Below, one piece after another: positions 37,101 through 49,294 of a stretch of 64,000 nt of DNA. A program made the translations under genes and the position numbers. Each line of letters opens with the position of its first letter. Within the stretch, counting starts at the first letter, position 1. This stretch comes from Ruditapes philippinarum (lineage: Eukaryota), in assembly GCF_026571515.1 (NCBI RefSeq), contig NW_026865766.1:1-64000 (forward strand). Direction: 5' to 3'. Below the pieces are notes generated by a model. It had not been told where the DNA came from, did no database searches, and worked only from the letters and a program-made list of their open reading frames with translations.

Positions 37101-38691
37101 TTTCATGGATATTTTATATGGCCCTTGCCCCTTACCAAGTTTTTAGATACATATATGGAGAATTAAGAACAATAAAATATCTATATTTTTTCATCTAGTA
37201 ACGTATATTCATATCAAAATTGAATATCATTCATCGTGTGCAGGATTTCTTTGTATTCAATTTCTACCATTATGGTCACGACCACTCTCATGCTAATGTT
37301 AGGTTTTGATTTTGTATTTTCTACTGAGATTTATTTTTTCTTCATTCACTTAAATAATCCGTTTAAACTTGAAAATCAAAACGAAATAACAGCCTAAAAC
37401 TACAGTATTCAAAAGTTATTTAATCGGCAGTAACATGATAACCTTACATTTTGAACAATTTTATAGATTTTACGGTCTATCATTTTTATGAATTTATCTT
37501 TACAAGTTTAAATAAACAGGAAATGCTTTAGACAGGACGCTCTATTTTGTAGCGAGTAAATTACCGGTGAGTTACTTTATTTAATATTTATGTTTTAAAA
37601 AGAATGAAGCATGATAAAGTACTAGTGTTAATTCATTTTAAAATAATGTAACTTTGACATTTTTTTTTATAAATATATACATCCTTATCATTTCCCATTG
37701 TTCTTAATATTTTGTCTCATTTTGTGTGACAACAGTTATTTAGAGAATGACACAAAACCACAACACCTTCCCCCATCCCCTTTAAATATTCAAGGTATTG
37801 TAGGATACCCTTTGGTAAGGCTGTAGTGCACATGCATTGTTTTAATTCAGGACCATACGCCGCTTTAAATGAAATGTTCCATGATAACCGCCGTAGGAAC
37901 ACATAAGCGGATGGTTTTAAATTAAAAATTTCACCATTACCATAATTGAATGTTGAATTTTGCTTAAAGCGGTGCTATGGGCAGGGACGGTAACTTGCAA
38001 ATCTGAGTACCGTCCATGAACAGGCTCAATCAAACCGAGCCTGCAACATATACAGTTTTGTCGTTTTGGACGTTCTTTAGCGATTCCCTTTTCTCTGTCT
38101 TAATAGCAGTTTGTAGAAATATACAGGATCACAACAATACCTTTATTTAAAATATACGTGAAAAGTCCAATAAAGGGTCAAACTGCTTTAGATTCATGCT
38201 AATTTTCATGAAAATTTTGCAAATGATTTTAACGGTAAAATATTGTGAAGAGAAAAAAGAAGATAATTTACACATTGCAAAAAACACTTGCAATCCACGT
38301 AAATAACCAAAAAGAGATAAAAATACCGGTATACATAAATACCTCTTACTGCGTTATAGTGATTGATACTGCAAAATCAATAATAAATCGTAAATGATTA
38401 ATGAAATATTGAATCTGTTTACTTTTCATAAGATCTTAATACATTTTTTTTAAAGGTTAAATTTTTGAAACATTTTTGCTCATCTGGAGGCGTGCAGCTT
38501 TAAAGAACAGAAGTACAGATCAAACCAAATCAAAGAAAGATATGTCTAATATTTTTCTCATATTGTCTTTGTAAACTTTGTTCCAAAAATGTCATATTAT
38601 TACCCTATGGCAGTACCAGCTTTGAGTTTTACAGGTAGTGTTGGAAATTGATAACTCTATACAGTACTATTTGTCTATTGTAGACATCATT

Positions 38692-40470
38692 ATGGCAGTC
38701 CCGGGGAAAAAGGTATCTCAGAAGTTTTCATCTACATTATCTCATGGTGATGCTGAAGGTTTTGAAAATTTCTGTGAACAATGTGACAGAGATGATATCA
38801 GACTACCTGCCTTTGGTTACTGTGTGGATTGTGAGGAACACATATGCCAAACTTGCTTTAACACTCACAAACGACCAAAAGCACTTCGCCATCATCAGCT
38901 TTTAGACAAAGATGAGATGCCACAAAAACAAAACCTCCAAAAATCATTAAAATCTAATTTTGGTGGTAAGACGAGTGATCTTTCAAAGCCATGTACCAAA
39001 CACACCAAAGAAGTGATCAAATTCTATTGTAAAGACCATAATGCATTTATTTGTAGTGTATGTGTGACCCTCGATCACACAACAACGTCCTGTCAGGTGG
39101 ACTATATACCTGATATATCAGGACATATTGTAGACAGCACTGAGTTCAAGGAAACTCTGACTGACATTGACAAACTGACAGACGAATGCTGCCAGTTCAC
39201 AAACGACCTAAAACAAAAAGTCGCCGGGTCAACAACTTCTCTGAGAGATTCTTTAGCAGAAATAGAAAACTTCAGAAAAGAGATAAATAAAATATTAGAT
39301 GAATTAGAAAAGAAGGTTAAAGATACCGTTACAACAATCCAACATGACAACCATAAAAAGTTGAAAACAGCAGAAACAGTATGTAATGACATCATCAAAT
39401 CATTTCAAGAATCAACCAATTCCCTTAAACATCTAAATAGAAACAAGAAAGTTGACCTTCTATTTACTGAACTAAAAAATACTCAGCAACTGCTTCGAAA
39501 TAATGAAAAAAGAATATCACAACTACCAACAGTTTATTGTGTTTATGAATACATTTTTGAACCAAATCAAGCGATCAAAAAACTCTTTCAGAATGAGAAA
39601 TCATTAGGAACATTGAGCAATAAGAAATTGAAACAGTTAACTCAACCAAAGAGTCAAGTTGCCGCAGGAATGAAAATGTCTATCCCTAGAAATTTCAATG
39701 TAAAATCATTCTTCGATGAAAAGGATTGCTGTATTTCTGGCACAGCTGTTGTTTCTCAAAACCAATTATTTGCAGCAGATTTCAATAATTACGCAATTAA
39801 AATGATTGACATCAATAGTGGATCGATCAAACAACTACAGCTTGTAACTGAACCTAGAGATGTCACCAAAGTCAACAAAGATACAATTGCTGTTACATTA
39901 CCAAACAGTGAAGCGATACAGATGATTTTCTTCTCCTCAAACACTCTCTCACTAAAGAACAAATTGAAAGTAGATGCAAAGTGTTTTGGTATCAGTCATC
40001 ATCAGGGAAAACTTGCAGTAACATTTATAAGTCCTGCTAAACTACAAATCATGGACTTGAAAGGTAATACTGAAATTACAGTTGATAAAGATTCCAATGG
40101 TGACAATATTTTTAGCAAACCTTTTTACATCACAACAAACAGTCATTCAATCTATGTATCTGACTGTGACAAGGAAGCTATCTTATGGTTAAACTGGCAC
40201 GGAGAGATGTTAGGGAGACATGTTGGAATAATGGAGCCAAGAGGTATAACACTAATAGATGATTGGTCATTCTTAGTAACCGATCGTAGCAGTCATTGTA
40301 TATATAGAGTAAGTGGTGACTGTAAAGACAGTGAAACTGTACTTAAGGTTGTAAATTATCCTGAAGCTATGTGTTGGTGTGCTGAGACCAGCACGCTTTG
40401 TATTAGTAGATACCACAGCGGTGACAAAATAGAGAGAAACAATCAAATCAAGCTGTATAAAATGATGTAG
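38692..40470 (+). CDS. RING-less TRIM-like protein (B-box1, B-box2, coiled coil, NHL/beta-propeller), 592 aa, single coding exon
   Basis: Long ORF; the ATG at 38692 follows an acceptor (ttgtag/38683). Motifs CEQC..CVDCEEHICQTCFNTH..HH and CTKH..FYCKDH..ICSVC..H, then a helical region and propeller repeats (EPRDVT, CFGIS, EPRGIT, YPEAMC). Confidence 0.92.
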   Translation: MAVPGKKVSQKFSSTLSHGDAEGFENFCEQCDRDDIRLPAFGYCVDCEEHICQTCFNTHKRPKALRHHQLLDKDEMPQKQNLQKSLKSNFGGKTSDLSKPCTKHTKEVIKFYCKDHNAFICSVCVTLDHTTTSCQVDYIPDISGHIVDSTEFKETLTDIDKLTDECCQFTNDLKQKVAGSTTSLRDSLAEIENFRKEINKILDELEKKVKDTVTTIQHDNHKKLKTAETVCNDIIKSFQESTNSLKHLNRNKKVDLLFTELKNTQQLLRNNEKRISQLPTVYCVYEYIFEPNQAIKKLFQNEKSLGTLSNKKLKQLTQPKSQVAAGMKMSIPRNFNVKSFFDEKDCCISGTAVVSQNQLFAADFNNYAIKMIDINSGSIKQLQLVTEPRDVTKVNKDTIAVTLPNSEAIQMIFFSSNTLSLKNKLKVDAKCFGISHHQGKLAVTFISPAKLQIMDLKGNTEITVDKDSNGDNIFSKPFYITTNSHSIYVSDCDKEAILWLNWHGEMLGRHVGIMEPRGITLIDDWSFLVTDRSSHCIYRVSGDCKDSETVLKVVNYPEAMCWCAETSTLCISRYHSGDKIERNNQIKLYKMM

Positions 40471-43157
40471 GACAAAGAAATGACAACTGATGCAGTCAGA
40501 ACAAGACATAAAAGTATTAAAGTATTAAATACCGAACCATCATTCAATACGTCTGTGAAGGATTTTTGACAACAATGTCCTATATGGTTTTGGACATGTG
40601 ATAGATAGCACAATGGAAAAAGTATTCTTTTAAATATTCTTTTTCATTCAATAAAGAAACTGTAAAATCCACAAAAAATAAGACTGGTTACAGAAGTATT
40701 CATATCTTACAAAAGAATTACAAAAACACATAAATGTATGTATTCATCACATTATTTATTTGCATATTTGTATATATTGTATTCATACGCTTCAGCAGTG
40801 TTGAAAGAATATTGTTGGCTTGCTTCTTATTGATAAAAAGATTGTAAGATATGTAAAGTAATTTTGAAGTTTTGTATGTAAATATTTCAATGGAAATAGT
40901 GTTTTTATTGTACACATATTTCAGCCTATAGACAATTAGCCATTAAAGGACTCAAAAATGTATAATGAAAATTGTTGCAACATAAATGCAGATGACCTGT
41001 CTGATGAAGCCTCTCAAAGTAAACTTATAGGTTGCATGTGTGAATAATTATTTATTGGCGTTAAAAATGAACCGTCTATAGGATTTGTCACGAACTTATG
41101 GGACAACCCTCGTATATGTTAAAAGACTGTTATAATGATGATTGAACAGCAGTTTATATTGTAAAATGCTCAGAATAAAATATAAATCTAGCTTTAATAT
41201 AAAAAAAAAACTCCCCCGCTCTTTTTAATAATTTAACATTACAGGGGAATTCCGACGGATATTTACATAATATTTCTAAGGCCACGCAAACTATTTATCG
41301 TCCATGCGAAATAAATTGAAAGGAATTATGACAAAATATAAACTTATTTCGACTTTCACCCGTTCACACACTAAAAACCATTGGATTGGCTTGATGCCAC
41401 TTAAGTCCAATATATACTCGTAATCCAACGTATACTCATGTGACACTGGTCTTGGTTAGTAACAGGAAGTTGATTTGAGTGGGTGTACATTCAATATAAA
41501 GTTTCCTCGAATCTAGCTTAAATAAAGTTTTAATTTCATGTCCTTCATCAGGCTCAATCTATAATAAATCCATTATCCAATATCTCTTAGAGGACATGTT
41601 ATCTATTGCAAAAATTGAAGTGCTTTTGTTCAACATAAAATCTTTTAATTAACGATATTGACAGAGGTTTTGTTCTTGTTATAATTGTTACCTGATTAAA
41701 TATAGTTAAGATCGAGATGTTTAGCTTGTCGGCATATTGGTTTGGTATGCTTGACAGGTTTAGTTGTATTCATCCGCGGTTATTATAAATTAGTCATTTT
41801 CTATTTTCTGTACAATTTTATGAGCACACAATTATGCGTGTTTTTTGTTTCGGTACATTGCATACTAGTATGATATTTTTTTAATATGTATGTTTATGCC
41901 GCCGAGGGTTGTTTCCATTTTCTATGAAATTATAGCGAATCTGATTAATGTAGGCCCTTTTTGTAACTTTGGCATATGACATTTTAGTTACTCATGGATT
42001 TAGCTCTGTACTGTTAGTTTTTAGTACAATTTGACACCCGGTGTTTTTGGGTGTTTACAAATTGACAAAAGGAGGGAAAAACTGTTCTTGCTGGTAGGGT
42101 GTTAACACACCTTTTCACCAGTTCCAGTGTTGACAAATTGGGGCAGTGATGATAGACATATAAACTTTACTGATTACCACAGGAAGTTTATAAATTTGTT
42201 TCGTTCCCGTCCGACGTTTCTTATTTCTTAATTAAGTACAGTAAGGATGAACACATATGATTTTAGACTTGATTGGACAGTATATCCATGAGCATACATA
42301 CGCACATACAGACAGACAAACCTAAAAATTGTAACAAAAATATAACAGACTTAGCCTAGGACATTGAATATGGTTTTATTTATAAATCTCTACACAACTT
42401 TGACATATTTTGTACTACTTGACTGAACAACTTTTAACCAGTATTTTATAACGTTAACAGCACTCATTGTTCTACCAGTTCACCATAGATTAAAGTATTT
42501 TTGTTTGTCTTTTACCTCATAACAACTTCTTACAATACTTTAAATGTATATTTTCTTACACCGGACTATCCCCAGATTCGGGATTGGTAAAATAACTTTA
42601 TAAAACAGATCTAGTTTATGTTTAACTGACATACAAGGAAATCGTATTGGCTCGTTTTCAAATTAATACAATGAGTTTCGAAAGACATTAAAACATGCGC
42701 TGAAATAAATTTTTTGGTCTAGATATGTAAACGTTTTAACTGTTTCAAGTCATTAGACTTTATAATAAAACATTAAATTCTGTCTATGTCTATCCGTCTT
42801 TTTAAAGATCAAAACATTTGACTTTGTACAGTTAACTTCCACAGTATATTAGTATATTCAAAAATTTGTCAATCCTTTTTGGTAGCCCCCCTCTGTTTTA
42901 GATGTGGTCACTATATTTTAGGCATATAACAAAACATCTTTAGAACCATATGTAATTGGCAAGTATTTAGATTTTAAAAAAGAACTGTCCAAAATAACAA
43001 AATACTGCCCCATTCATTGATATTTGAAGGGTACTTGAAAGTAAAACTTCAAACAGAAAACGAAAATGCAGTTTTCAATTTCATCCACTGCCCGAACTAC
43101 CTATATAAATAGCATAGATTTTAAATGAGACAAGCCGTTTTACTTTTGGAACTCAAG

Positions 43158-43300
43158 TGTCACAGGGTGAGAAAATGTGTAGCCTGACCGGGACCCGAAC
43201 CCGGGACCCTCGGAATACCGTACCGCGGTTCTACTGACTTAGCTATCCGGCCAGTCACATACTATCTCCCCTAATTAGTAAACAGTTCTGAACCGTGACA
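43158..43300 (-). mobile_element. 143-bp solo LTR containing a tRNA-Lys-like sequence (Ajax-like non-autonomous LTR element)
   Basis: Termini TGTCAC...GTGACA and perfect 4-bp TSD CAAG (43154-43157, 43301-43304). Minus strand 43252-43181 reads GGCCGGATAGCTAAGTCAGTAGAACC...GAGGGTCCCGGGTTCGGGTCCCGGTCAGGC, with A/B-box-like motifs. Confidence 0.75.
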
Positions 43301-44964
43301 CAAGTAAAAAATGGCGAATGTATGTATGAACAGGACAAGCGCTTCTTATACTTCTAGAATTCTTTCTTCAGTCTGTCTCATTGTGCGATGATGATCTCTC
43401 AGAAAGTGTGTCTTATTATTTATCTCCTGTTTCAAACACTGAATTATTGTTTTCAAGTTATGAATGTGTACCACGTTGCGCCCGAGTGACAGGCATATGG
43501 CCAACACCCTGACTGACTAAAATTCAGATCTACCTAGTTCTGTTACGTAGATCTGATTCCGACCGTATATGTTTTGCCTCCTTCATCTAACTGTTTTTCT
43601 TTAGTTAATACTAATTGTTTGCTAGGTTTAATCATCATTGTGTAAATGATTGTAGTTTCGGTGCAGTATGACGTACCGAAACAAATAAAATAACAGGTAA
43701 TTTTTATTCAAGATTTTAAGAATCAGTATTGTAAGATTAAACTTGAACACCAAGAGGTATAAAAGCCTCTAAGTCTCTGCCCTTTCTGCCAGTATAATAG
43801 TCGAGTCCAAAATGAGCGGTAGTAGACATTCCAGTGGTTAAGACATGTTTTGACTTATTAGATATATTAGATGTATACTGGAATCTAGATTATTTTGTGT
43901 ATTAACAATATCCAATCGAACAGGATAAATCACTGGTATGTTATTCTATTATATACTTATAAATGAAATATTGAGAAATAGTAATGAAATAATATGCGTT
44001 TTCTCATTTCCCGTACTTTCACTGTTAAAATTTATTTTTCACTGCAGTGATACATATTTTCCATATTTTTACTGGTGTAAAGAAATAAAACTGTATAATT
44101 ATACTAAACAGGAAATTTAAGTATTTTTTATAAATAAAGGATTTATTTTCATCTTGTGGTGTGAAAATTATCATATTTCACTCATGGCAAACCGTCACTC
44201 AAGATATATTCATTTTCATAAAACTCAATGAAATAAATCATGTTTTTATAGAATAAACTTAAATGTCCTCTATTTATTCAATATCTGTGTTTAAATATTC
44301 TGTAAGCTTTATCAAGACAGTTCTTTTTTTTATTTTAGAAAAATCTAACTTTGACCTACAATCCGAATAACCTTGAGATCATCATTTACTGTACCCCTCT
44401 CATATCTCTGTATCAGTTCCAATGATTCAATTTTTAGTTTGTTATCATATCTTGTTATTTTCAGTCACTAGTAATTATTTACTTTCCATTCCCCAGTTTT
44501 GTGCCGTCAACCCAAATCCGATTTATTTACCGTCGCACCCCACCTTTTTTCTCTTTTATTCCGATTTAAACCCCCTTCCCGTTGTTTTTCCGATTAAATT
44601 TGTATTGCAATAGTTTTTGCAAAGCCCCTTCCTTAATTTCTCCGCACTTTTCGGTTTTGGTTCGCTACATGTCGGTGTGGCTGGGTTTTGTCTGGGTTAT
44701 GTTCTCATCCCGGGGCACTACAAACATGCTGAAAATTTAAAGCTACAACATTTGATATAATATTTTAAACAAGGATTTGCTACGTAATAATTTAGAATAT
44801 GGTGTTTAATTAAAAAGGGGTATATAATTGATTATTTTACGAGGAGGTAAATAGGTATAGAATCAGTAGAATATGTAAGTAGCTAACAAATTATTTGTTT
44901 GATGTTAATACGTTTGGGGTTAATAGCTATCTTGTATTTGTCTATTCTAGATCCATGTACTTTT

Positions 44965-46734
44965 ATGGCTGTCCCGGGTAAAAAGGCATCTCAGAAATTC
45001 TCAACTACACTATCTCAAGGCGGTGCGGAAGATTTCGACATTTTCTGTGAAATATGTGATAGAGATGATATCAGGCTGCCTGCCTTTGGTTACTGTGTAG
45101 ATTGTGAGGAACACTTATGCCATACCTGCTTTAATAATCATCGGCGACCAAAACCATCACGCCATCACCAACTTCTAGACAAAGAACACATGCCACAAAA
45201 GCAAAACCTCTATAAATCATCGAAGTCTGCTCCCAGTGCACTGACCGATGATCTAACAAAGCCTTGTACCAAACACACGAAAAAAGTGATCAAATTTTAT
45301 TGTCGTGACCATAATGCACTTATATGTAGCGTTTGTGTAACCCTTGAACACACACCAACATCCTGTCATGTGGACTACATACCTGATATATCAGGACAGA
45401 TTGTAGACAGCTCTGAGCTCAGGAAAACTCTAAAAGACATTAACATATTGACAGACAAATGCAGCCTGATTAGTAAAGATCTGCAGCAAAGAGTTGTTTT
45501 ATCAACGACTTCTCTACAGGATGCTTTAACAGAAATAGAAAAATTCAGAAAAGAGATTAACCCTAGTTTAGATGAGTTAAAAAAGAATGTTAGAGATACT
45601 GCAGCAACAATCCAATCCGACAACAACGAAAAGTTGAAAACAACAGAAACAACATGTGATGTCATCAACAAATCACTTCAAGCATCAGCTGATACTCTAA
45701 AATATCTCAATTCAAACAAGAAAACTGACCAACTGTTTGTTGAACTTAAGATAGCTCAGCAACTGATTCAAAATAACGAAAAAACAACATCACAACTACC
45801 AACAGTTAATGATTTTGACGTTTACATCTTTGAACCAAATCAAGCTATCAAAAATGTCCTTCAAGACGAGAATTCATTAGGAATATTGAGCAATCAGAAA
45901 CTCGAGCAGTCAGCCAAACCAAAGAATCAGTTTGCAGTTGCAATAAAAATGTCTTCTCCTCGAAATATCAATGCTTCAACATCATCGGATAAATGGGATT
46001 GCTACATTACTGGTTTAACTGTTTCTTCTCCAAACAAAATATTTGCAGCAGATTACTTCAATAAGTCGGTTAAAATGATAGACATTATAAATGGAGTAAT
46101 CACAAAATTACAGCTTGACTCGTATCCCTGGGATGTCACCATTGTCTCCGGTGATTCACTTGCTGTTACAATACCAGGTAGTGAAACAATACAGTTCATT
46201 TCCTTCTCCCAAGACTCACTCTCACTCAAGAACAAACTGACAGTTGATGGGCAGTGTAATGGTATTAGTTATCATCAAGGGAAAATGGCAGTTATATTTA
46301 AATGTCCTGCTAAACTCCAAATCATGGACTTGAAAGGTAATACTGAAATTACAGTTGATACGGATTTCAGTGGTGGCAGTATTTTCAGAGTAGCTAGGTT
46401 TGTCACTACAAACTATGATTCAATCTATATCTCTGACAATGGCAAGGCTATGATTACGAGGTTTAACTGGCAGGGACAGTTGATGGAAAGAAGGGCAGGA
46501 ATAAGTTCCGTAAGGGGTATTACAATGTTAAAGGATGGATCCTTATTAGTCATTTCTAACAAAAATATATATATTGCTAGCCATGACTGTAAATACATGA
46601 AAACTATATCTGAGGATGTAGATGATCCTTTTGCTTTATGTTGGTGTGCTGAAACCCGTACACTTTGTGTTAGTAGATGCAAATATGACAGTGTAGAGAT
46701 GAACAATGATATAAAAATGTATAAAATGATGTAA
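44965..46734 (+). CDS. RING-less TRIM-like protein paralog 2 (B-boxes, coiled coil, NHL/beta-propeller), 589 aa
   Basis: Long ORF colinear with 38692-40470 (both run MAVPGKK...IKxYKMM*). The ATG follows an acceptor ttctag/44950. Confidence 0.92.
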   Translation: MAVPGKKASQKFSTTLSQGGAEDFDIFCEICDRDDIRLPAFGYCVDCEEHLCHTCFNNHRRPKPSRHHQLLDKEHMPQKQNLYKSSKSAPSALTDDLTKPCTKHTKKVIKFYCRDHNALICSVCVTLEHTPTSCHVDYIPDISGQIVDSSELRKTLKDINILTDKCSLISKDLQQRVVLSTTSLQDALTEIEKFRKEINPSLDELKKNVRDTAATIQSDNNEKLKTTETTCDVINKSLQASADTLKYLNSNKKTDQLFVELKIAQQLIQNNEKTTSQLPTVNDFDVYIFEPNQAIKNVLQDENSLGILSNQKLEQSAKPKNQFAVAIKMSSPRNINASTSSDKWDCYITGLTVSSPNKIFAADYFNKSVKMIDIINGVITKLQLDSYPWDVTIVSGDSLAVTIPGSETIQFISFSQDSLSLKNKLTVDGQCNGISYHQGKMAVIFKCPAKLQIMDLKGNTEITVDTDFSGGSIFRVARFVTTNYDSIYISDNGKAMITRFNWQGQLMERRAGISSVRGITMLKDGSLLVISNKNIYIASHDCKYMKTISEDVDDPFALCWCAETRTLCVSRCKYDSVEMNNDIKMYKMM

Positions 46735-48793
46735 AAACCAAGAGATCGCAATTGATGCAATCATAGCAAGATGTGTAATATAACAAATGATTTGAATACA
46801 CCATATCTAACAATTGCAAAGGAATATAGCAATACGCATGAAAAGTAAATGAGAGGTCGCATATTTGTTTTCCAACTTCTCTCAGAAGGAAACTGACGGT
46901 CTTTCATACCAGACCTTAATTAACAGAGCTGTTCAGCAGAAGAGTTACTTCTAAAACAGGCAACTGCTGTATCATACCCACCTCTAAAAAAACAGAAAAA
47001 AACCCTGCAGGGTGCGTCGCAATATCGTACACATCAGCAGTAAATAAAACCGAAGAAAGAAGCTGACATCCAAGACTTATTTATATATATATTATGTTAT
47101 TAGTTATATGTATCTCAGCAAAGGAATACAATGTATAGTATGCGACTGTCTTCTCTGTTGAAATATTGAATTAGGGAAACTCATAGAAAATAATAACAGA
47201 AACATTTGGTGTTGAATATACAGTCACAAAGGGGACATAACCTTGGAGACTTGATTGTCCCAATTTATTAGAAACCTGTTATTTTACAAATGACAAGTTA
47301 GGTGTAAAGCCCCTTAATATGGTTTTGATAATTGGTAAATCAGTTACTTTCAGATATAAAAGTACATCAAAAATAAAGATTTAAGCCACAAGCAAAGCCC
47401 CTGCACCACTTCAGGTGCTACTCAACATACCTGTAAATTTTGTTGACTGTATCTCAAGCACTTTCAAAAGCTACATGTGACACACGAGAACGTACGGACG
47501 GACAGACAAGGGCAAATTTAAATGTCCCCACTATAACATAAAGCTAGTCACCGTTTGGTTGATTAATTAATGGTCACGAGGTGACTTCTATAGTCCAATT
47601 TCTTTTCCTTTTAGGTTGCTTTTTAATACAATTTATGGGTGTGTCATTAAAACAGATATAGACTCACACTATGGTTACTTTTTGGTTAACAAGTCATGTT
47701 ACCACTTTACAGCAAAAAACCTGTTTATTAATTCAGTCCGAATTTTTGCCACTTATGTTATTCAAATTAATGTTTCTGCAAAATGGCTCCTAATGCAACT
47801 TATGTTGACACTTACAGCCAACCTGTTCTTACCAAAGACATAAGCACTTGGAGGTAACTACAAATGTAAAATGTCAATTTTAAGTTTAACACAATAACAA
47901 GACAAAACTTATCAATTTTATTTATATTTAAAAAAATACATTCATATATAAGAGCTGCCCGAAGCGGGCTCAAGTATAATCGGTGATTTACTTGACAAGT
48001 TAACAAACAAATAAGAGGGTTGTGATTGCCCTGGATACCTTAATGTAGAAACGTTATTAGAAAAAGCCATAATTTTTTCATGCAAAAGTCAGTAATAAAG
48101 TCACATTGGTTGTCTTTTCTGACCCCAGCTGCAGATTTTTTAAACATAGGCACATGTCCGCTAGATATCATGTGCTAAGTATCATAACTCTGGGCATCGT
48201 AATAGCATACAATAAGACTTAAATGTTTTTTTTACTATAAAAGTCTATTCATAATCAATGACCCCAAGGCTATACCTTTTTGGTCTTCAAGGGCATGGTT
48301 TATGTTACTTTTATAACAGACCACAAAGCAATGCTACATGCCCGAAATATAAGCTATGGGCATTGAGTTTTGTAAACCTGGGACAGAATGTTATGTCTAA
48401 GAAACATCTTAAAGGTACTTTTCTGTAAGTCTATATAAATCTCCTCTGGTAGGATTAATTTTGACCCCTTGGGGCATGTTTTTAATAACTTTTGCAGAGT
48501 ACATGCCAAAAATCAAAGCTTTGGGAAATGAAACTTTTTAGATACATCTCTATTATACATGTATATACAGTATAAACTATGTAACCCCATGGCGATCCAC
48601 TTTTGGCTTTATTCAACTTTTGCAGATGTTCACAAGGCAATGCTACATGCCAAATATTAGTTAAAGCTTTGAGCAATTTCATAAAAGAAGACATAAAAAT
48701 GTTTTTCCGATTTAACACATCCAAATTAATAGACCCCAGTGGCATTAAAGTATAAACATTATTATAGTCACTGTTCAAGTACCTGGGAAATAC

Positions 48794-49091
48794 TATAATG
48801 GGACAAGCAACCGGTGATTAGCGTCTGGTTATCTCATCGTACAATCTGGCGCATGTGCCACCATTCGTTAGGGTTTATCCATAGTGAATAATGTAAATTA
48901 GAAAAGTAAATGCCAACTAGTGGAAGGTTGTAACAGACCTTTTAGTATCTTTACATGATTTAACAAAAAAATTATCAATGTATTTTTTTATGGTGACGGC
49001 ATTAATATACGATTTAAACTCTACGCCTATCAAATGATCAGCGTTCAATTCGACACCATCATAAGACATAGGTAATGCTTGTCCCATTATA
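48794..49091. mobile_element. Unclassified MITE
   Basis: Perfect 16-bp inverted termini TATAATGGGACAAGCA / TGCTTGTCCCATTATA. Confidence 0.65.
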
Positions 49092-49294
49092 TTGTCTCAC
49101 AATTATCAATAATATTCACTGTAAAAACTATAAATATCAGAACATTTTTATACTTAAACCCATTTTTGTACATATGAACTGTAAATATTCATTATATCTT
49201 TTTAAAATCCCTGTACATATAAAAGAAATAGTTATGGGTGGGAAACAATAACTTAATTTGAAGATGTAAAGTTCTAATGATTTAGAAATAGATA

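Noticed and set aside
38638-38691. N-terminal extensions of the TRIM-like ORFs (also 44899-44964, which looks like a signal peptide)
   Set aside because: They begin at GTG/TTG and run through intron acceptor sequence; paralog similarity starts at MAVPGKK.
43181-43252. Functional tRNA gene
   Set aside because: Stems are mismatched, no oligo-T terminator follows directly, and it is embedded in a TG..CA element with a TSD.
39102-46760. Antisense ORFs within the TRIM-like genes
   Set aside because: Shadow frames of the real CDS.
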